A stretch of 62,180 bases of DNA, counting the filler. It is 7 parts of 7 records of this genome, joined end to end, with 100 filler letters (N's around TTAATTAATTAA, not from the genome) between each part and the next. Parts side by side here need not be neighbours in the genome. Positions count along the whole stretch, not along the records: positions 55,981 to 62,180 come from SRR7504441_6321; 6 more parts are not named here. The stretch is one strand, 5' to 3'. How positions within the stretch are numbered: the first letter of the stretch is position 1; the number at the start of each line of letters is the position of its first letter. Under the pieces are notes generated by a model, which saw only the letters and a list, made by a program, of their open reading frames with translations, did not search any database and was not told the DNA's origin. Of this stretch, positions 56,244-62,180 are shown piece by piece. The position numbers were made by a program, and so were the translations under genes.

Positions 56244-59200
56244 TCATAACACTCGATCTGAAGCTTCTATGGCATCATAGTACTCACTAGACTCATCGCT
56301 TAAGGTCAGCTCGTCCACAACTTTGTCCATTTGAACAGTCTGTTCAATCTCAGACACCCGTTGATCAAAATAGTCCATCGAATTTGTGTAGAAAAGTGTG
56401 CCTCGACGATCACAGGTACTTGAAACTCTTGTCAGACTCGACTTCTCTTCTTTATATTTGCAGTAATACTGCTTGGCAATCGCCTTGGTTTGTTCTTTTT
56501 CTTCATCAGTTTTGCCTTCAAGATTTGCAGTCTGCATGACAGGCGTACCCGCCAAGAAAGCATCCCATTCCTCGTCTGGAGCATCTCGGGCCGGGATTGA
56601 AGTCAGAAAATCCGCCAGGTCACCCATCTGGTGTGCAGCCAACTCCTCCAGTGCGTGTGCCCGGAGATACGCCTTCCGGTTATACGCACGCCGAGCCTTG
56701 ACCGCAACAACGATCAACGCGAGCACTATTGTCAGAGCCCAGCCAACCATGAGCCAACCCATTAAAAGAAAATTTCGAGCAACATCATAGGTTATTGTGT
56801 CGCCCGTGATCTCATCACGCACCACGTTCCAGCCAATCGCGTCACCCACAATGATCCAGCATGGAATTATCACGCACACAAGCGCTGCCGTGAAAAGAAG
56901 CGACCATTGCATTGCTGTTGGGTCCCACTTTGGTTTTAGCGCCTTCAAGCTCTGGGCGTGTGACCATGAGGTCACGGCGTCCTCTTCACATAGGTCGAAG
57001 TCCGATTCGAAAGGTAGATCAATCAGCTGTGGCGCATCAGCTTCTGGATGCCAGAGCACCGGGAAAAAGTCAACTATCCACACTCTGCCTTGGGACAAGA
57101 GCGCAATACCGGCCATTGATATTCCTGCGATCAGAGCAGACGTCCAGCCCCTTTGATCTGGCTTGCATGAGCAGGTGCCACCACCCAACACATAGGTGTT
57201 CCATTCCCTTGTGTCACATACAGGGTGACCGTCCATCTGTTGCGTGGACTCTTTGGCGCTTCCAAGCAATGCTACCATCAGCATACCCTGGATGCCAACC
57301 ATGACACTCGCGAGCCTGGTGAGTCGAGCTCGATGCTCGTCTGGGGGCTTGAGCATTTTGTGGGGCATTCGCCAGAAAAGCCGTAGATTGATTAGCCACA
57401 GCAGCTCACCACCGACAAAACAGACAAGCAGAGTGAAGTTGAGCATGTTGTCTACCCCTGAGGATTCGCTACTTGAGGCGTTCGTGATCCAGTCGAAGCC
57501 ATCGTTGCTCCTGTACGCAACAAGGATGAGGCAGAAAATTGCTGCTGAGCTTCCATATATCCGCAGTCCGTAGCCAGTTAGAGCATAGCACACCCCTGGG
57601 GCGAGCAATAGTGTGATCACAGTCAGTAGTATGCCTATGGTGAAGCACACAACCTGCGCGGGGCACTTTGTCTGGCAGGCCACGCTCGTATACAGGAAGG
57701 TCAGAAAGGCAAGCATGCACACAAGCAGGTCCAGTCCCAGGAAGAAGATGCACCCGACCCAAAGCTTCTTGAACATATTGCGCCACTTCCCATCCAAAGT
57801 ACTGTACTGGCTGACGCCTAGCCAGATCCCGCTCCTGTTGAGAAAGCCAAATGTCGGGTATAGATTATGAATTCCCACAGAGAGCCGGTCCAATCCGATA
57901 AGCTGCCAATGGAATTCACGTGACTCGGAGGTCTCCTGCTCGCTCTGCTTGCTCCGCTCGCCCTCCTCGTCGTGGCTGTTGTCCGATATACAGCAACTCA
58001 GTGCACGTATCGCGTCACGCAGGTTGGCAACTGCAGGTGTCGTCCAGCTCACACTGAGTATTGCCCGTCCCTGGCCCTCTAGAATACCAGATTCAAAGAG
58101 CTTGTTCTTCGCACCAAAAGTGATGGCCAAGTTGGGCTGGTCTGGCGGTGGGTCTAGGAGCAGGGTTACCAGCGGCAGCCTCGGGTCTAGCTGCAGGTGC
58201 AACCATCGATCGACATCCTGCTCGTGCACAACCGATGCAAGAGATATCTCATCGCAGCCAATTGTCAACTGCTGGCCAGGTTTGTTGTATGTGAGCACTG
58301 GCCGAGTTATGTCGATATTCATTTCGCCATGCATGGCCGTGTGACAGCGGAAGGTGGGTAAATTGATTACGAGCTGGCCGTTGCTAAAGCTTGCGCGGCA
58401 ATCAAGCAAGCCAGCTGAATCACTTGCTCTCAAGCTGATGTCGCAAGAGTGCCCGTCAGCCACCTTCAGCTGCCCTTTCAGAGCCTCCAGCTCCTCTCCA
58501 AACAGCTGTGACCCTTCAGACCCACGTGACTCGCCGCTCTTGACCAAATTGATATGATCTGCCAGCATCTGTGAAAGCTGCTGCGCCGCAACCGCGTGAC
58601 ATCTGGCGCACTCATTTAATTGCTCGCGGAGATCCTCCCTAAACTGCTTTTCATCCATATGAACTGAATCACGGCCGTCGAAAGCTTGACTGATTGCTTC
58701 TGTCAGCTTGCTAGAGCCATCTGTGCAGCTTCTCTCCCGCTCGGGGATCTGGCCAAGCAGCTTTGGGCAGTGCGCACCAAACTTGCCCTGCTGAAGTATA
58801 ATCTCCACTGGAGCACACGCGGCAAGCGAAAGTGCTGGTGTATGCACCGCGGCTGAATTATACACCAGCTTGATTCCATGTTCAACCAAGATCTCGACGG
58901 GGATACTCGTCTCTAAGTTGCGCATAGTCTTCCAAACCTATCCAAGCACGTCAGGCGCAACCTTGGGCTAAGGCTCACCCGGGCACGGACTTGTCGACCC
59001 AGCGAGCCGATAGTCCCGATAACGGTCGACTTAGTTGCTCCCATCTCCACGGCCATATGATCTGGGCTCAGGGTTGGCGAAATGGGTGGCGAGCTCAGAC
59101 GAGAATCCGAACTGGGCTGGGCCATCTCAGCATTTAGGCCGACGATGAACGCATTAAGAGCGCTAAGCTTGGTTTCATCGAACCGGAGAACGAGCTGCGA

Positions 59201-61786
59201 GCCACGTGGGAGCATCAAACTCTCCACCCTGCCGCAATTAATCAGACCGTATTCAGCAGGCTGGACCGACCTGTGACTCGTCCTTCTGGCCACGTATCTC
59301 ACGAAGGCTGCCACTTCCACTTGTGAGTTGTGGTCTGGCGGGTCCATGTACAGCACCCGCTGCTGCAGGCCAACTGCGCTCTGATCCTGGCTCACAAGCA
59401 TTTCTAGCAGCCCGCGCCGGCTCTTCTTCCATTTGAACTGCCCGAGGTACACCAACTGCTGTCCCGCCACTCCCTGCAGCCCCATGCTGATCGACTGAGT
59501 TGCGAGCCGTTTGGCCTCTTTGCCTTCATTGTACAGCTGCTGCTTGGCGGCAAATGTGCCCTCGTTGTCCAGGCTCAGCATCCCGGGTGACATGACGAGA
59601 CACCCAGTGGCGCATTCGCCCTCTGCGTGCTCGCCACTGGGCGTTGGCGGGAGCACAACTGATGGCACTTGCACGGTGCACTTGAGTCTCAGCTGCTTGC
59701 GCTTTCCAACTGGCCAGCCCTGGAACGCAATGTAGTAAAGTCCCACCTCGCTCTCCGGTGGCGCGTACAACAGCAGCTTGACATACTGACAGCGTGTGCT
59801 CTTGCCAATGCAGTGCAGAGATGTGGGCTCTTCGAGCTGGAGTTGGCTCCTGGGCACGAGCTGCTGCCAACTGCCTCCCACGTCAGGGCTGTCTGCCGAC
59901 CCGAGCAGCTGCACTTCAGGCACTGTCACTGCATTATCCGGGGCGGGGCACAGCTCGATCGTCCTCACTTCGAATATGTCTTCTAGATCAAGCACTATCT
60001 GCACCTCACTCTGGTTCGCAGTCAGCCTGTGCTTGTAGTAGGCGCCCTGCTCGCTACTTCGGCCAGTCATCTCTAGCGATTCCCGACCCGACTCGCGGAG
60101 CGTCTCCCGATGGCGCCTGAGAAAGCTCCATCTCTTGTCCTCGATGAGTGTGGTCAGGTGCCGAGCGCTGAAGTGGTCTTCCAGAGCGGACCTGTTCCCC
60201 TCCTAGCACGCGAGCAGGCTCCCAGACTCACCGGCTAGTGCGCGTGCAGAAGCTCATCATAGGCTCGGCCCAAATCTCCCTGCAGATCGGCTTGCTCGGG
60301 CTTCTCGGGCTAGAGTCGGCAGGGCTCAGGCCCGGGCTTGCTGGGGCACTGCTGGCATGGATGTTTTCAATTATGTAAACCAGCCCGTGCTTGATGTGCT
60401 CGACGAGCAGCACAAACTGGAGCGGAGCCTGCCCCCGGCTCAGCTCGGGCCGGCCGTTTGTTGTGCCTGCACGCTCAGCTGGAGGTTGGCGTTGAACCGA
60501 TCCTTGTGGGCGTCCTGAAGCAGCTGGTGACTGAACCCTCGAAGCACTGCTCCGCGCGACGGGTCGTCCAGCTCTGTCCTGCGGCAAAAGTCCTGCCGGC
60601 CGCATGACGGCTAGCCCGGCACTGGCTGCCCGCCTGGTCAATGTTTGTCACAACGAGCTCAACTAGCTCCGTCCCTCGCTCCAGAGGCCCTGCCAGTCCA
60701 GCAACCCGGCGAGTCTGGCCCGGCGGCCCCATCCGCAGCTGCAGCCCGGGTCTCAGCCGCATGGGTGAGACTTCCAGGCACCGCGAGAGACTTCCAGGCG
60801 ATCGAGAGCAGGAACTTGCGCTGGTATTTGACGATCAAATGCACCAGCAGCACTGGCTCGCCGCCGTCTTCAAGCTCGTCGTCCCGGCCCATTTCTAGCT
60901 GCGGCCGCAGCCCAGCCCACACATCGTCCCGGCACGCCGGCGGGCCCATTTCCAGCTGCATGCCGAACCTGCCCCGAGCAGTCAACCGTGACTAGCCCCC
61001 GCAGCGCACAGGCTAGCAGTGAGTGACAGGTGGTCCCATTCAAACATCCGCCCGGCCCGGCTATCGTGGTTGAGCTCCAGACGGTCAAACCGGGCGATCG
61101 CAGCCCCGCCAAACTTGAACGTGCCTTGGTGGCCTCGAGGGTGCGGGAGCAGCACGAGCGTGATGTCGGATATGACGATATCGATATTAGCGATCGCTTC
61201 CTTCAGGTACTTTTGCACCTCGCCCACCACACGAGCCGGCGCCAGCGTGGCCTGCACCCGTGCAAACAGCCCGGGCGGCTCATCCGGCCCGGGGCCAGCC
61301 TGTTCGGCTGCCTGCTCGGCCGCCTGCCGCCGAGCCCTCGCGGCAAGGAACTCATCAAACCTGTCGGTGCGCAGTCCGAGCCGGACCCGCTCCAGCTGCC
61401 CCACAGTCAGCCCGTCGCCGGCCGGCCCGCACCAGGATCTTGGAGCGCTCCTCCTTGGCCAATCTGAGTTCGATCCGTGCAGCCCCGATCTGGCCGCCCC
61501 CGTCCGGTGGCAGCGTGAACTCGATCCCGGTGTGCTCGAGCAGCTCGCGCACAAGCTCGGGTTGGGCGGTCAGCCGCTCGGCCTCGATCCGGAACCCGCC
61601 CCGGTGATTGTGGACCCGGAGCTGGCCGTCGGCCGGCCGGACCCAGTCAGCGAGCAGCCGGGCCAGCTGGGCATCGATGCTGAGCTTCTCGTCGTACAGC
61701 GCGGCCACCAGGGCCGACGAGCCCAGCCCAATGTTCTTGACTGCGCCCAGCGCGTTGTTGCGTGCCCACTCGCCCCACGAACCCAT
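56244..61786 (-). CDS. About 1750-aa protein: Chorein-N (VPS13-like) N-terminus, discoidin/galactose-binding-like domain, about 8 C-terminal TM helices; about 7 introns
   Basis: ORFs 61355-61786, 60982-61554, 60659-60985, 60475-60762, 60228-60641, 58913-60070 and 56244-58925 join through ~36-43 nt introns. Domain calls are by eye. Confidence 0.65.
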
Positions 61787-62016
61787 CTTGTCAGCTGATC
61801 ACGAACCCAGCTGCCGACGAGCCCATCATCAGCGAGGTGGCAGCTGATGTTTTGTACAGCTTTATTATTCTACCATGATCTACCCGACTTGATAGTCCAA
61901 ATTGTAGATTTCCAGCGAGGGGGGCGTTAGGAATCGATCGATCAAAATCCCGCTTTGGCTCACCAATCGATTGCTCGAGCCTGCGGAGTCAGCGGGAGAG
62001 GTGAGCAACCCAAGCC

Positions 62017-62180
62017 ATGAAGACGCCTCTTGCCGTGTCGTTGCTGATGCTCGCACTCGCCACCGGTGCGTCAGGCTGCTCGCCCCGGCGGTTAGCGGGC
62101 GGGGCAGCGGGCCCGACCCTCCAGGGCTTGTACGAGGAGTTCCACAGCGAGCACCACCACCACCACCACCACCACCACCA
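62017..62180 (+). CDS. Secreted or membrane protein with poly-His tract (3' partial)
   Basis: MKTPLAVSLLMLALAT signal peptide, 42-nt GT-AG intron, then (CAC)n running to the window end. Confidence 0.55.
   Translation, partial: MKTPLAVSLLMLALATGASGCSPRRLAGGAAGPTLQGLYEEFHSEHHHHHHHHH

Noticed and set aside
1590-62107. Introner-element family among the short introns
   Set aside because: The introns share length but I see no shared sequence or terminal inverted repeats.
62151-62180. (CAC)n run resembling an engineered His tag
   Set aside because: In frame within a native intron-containing gene at the window edge. Natural poly-His microsatellites are common.

Overview
This window is seven concatenated contigs, joined by artificial N44-TTAATTAATTAA-N44 linkers. 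They come from a compact, GC-rich eukaryotic (protist-like) nuclear genome that I cannot identify further. I could trace about 35 protein-coding genes by hand. Most are interrupted by very short spliceosomal introns (mostly 35-46 nt). Recognisable products include a Nup88-like nucleoporin, a TPK-type K+ channel, UGGT, a sugar porter, an SK-type channel, SGF11, a P2X receptor, serine carboxypeptidase, 2OG-Fe(II) dioxygenases, an SPFH protein, PHPT1, threonine synthase, an OTU+RING protein, phospholipase D, secreted glycosidases, a BspA LRR protein, a very large pentapeptide-repeat protein, a fibre-repeat/lectin protein and a Chorein-N/multipass membrane fusion. I found no rRNA, tRNA, CRISPR array or intact mobile element. 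The most notable signals are: (1) near-strict alternation of gene orientation, with head-to-head starts as close as 21-32 nt and palindrome/GTAC-rich tail-to-tail spacers; (2) an intron system with about 10 GC-AG introns among roughly 70, degenerate donors and no polypyrimidine tract; (3) a telomeric-repeat insertion that duplicated a 3' splice site; (4) unusual protein architectures (VPS13-like N-terminus fused to about 8 TM helices, OTU+RING-H2, an SK channel with an SMDYGD filter). All gene models are manual and lack transcript support.
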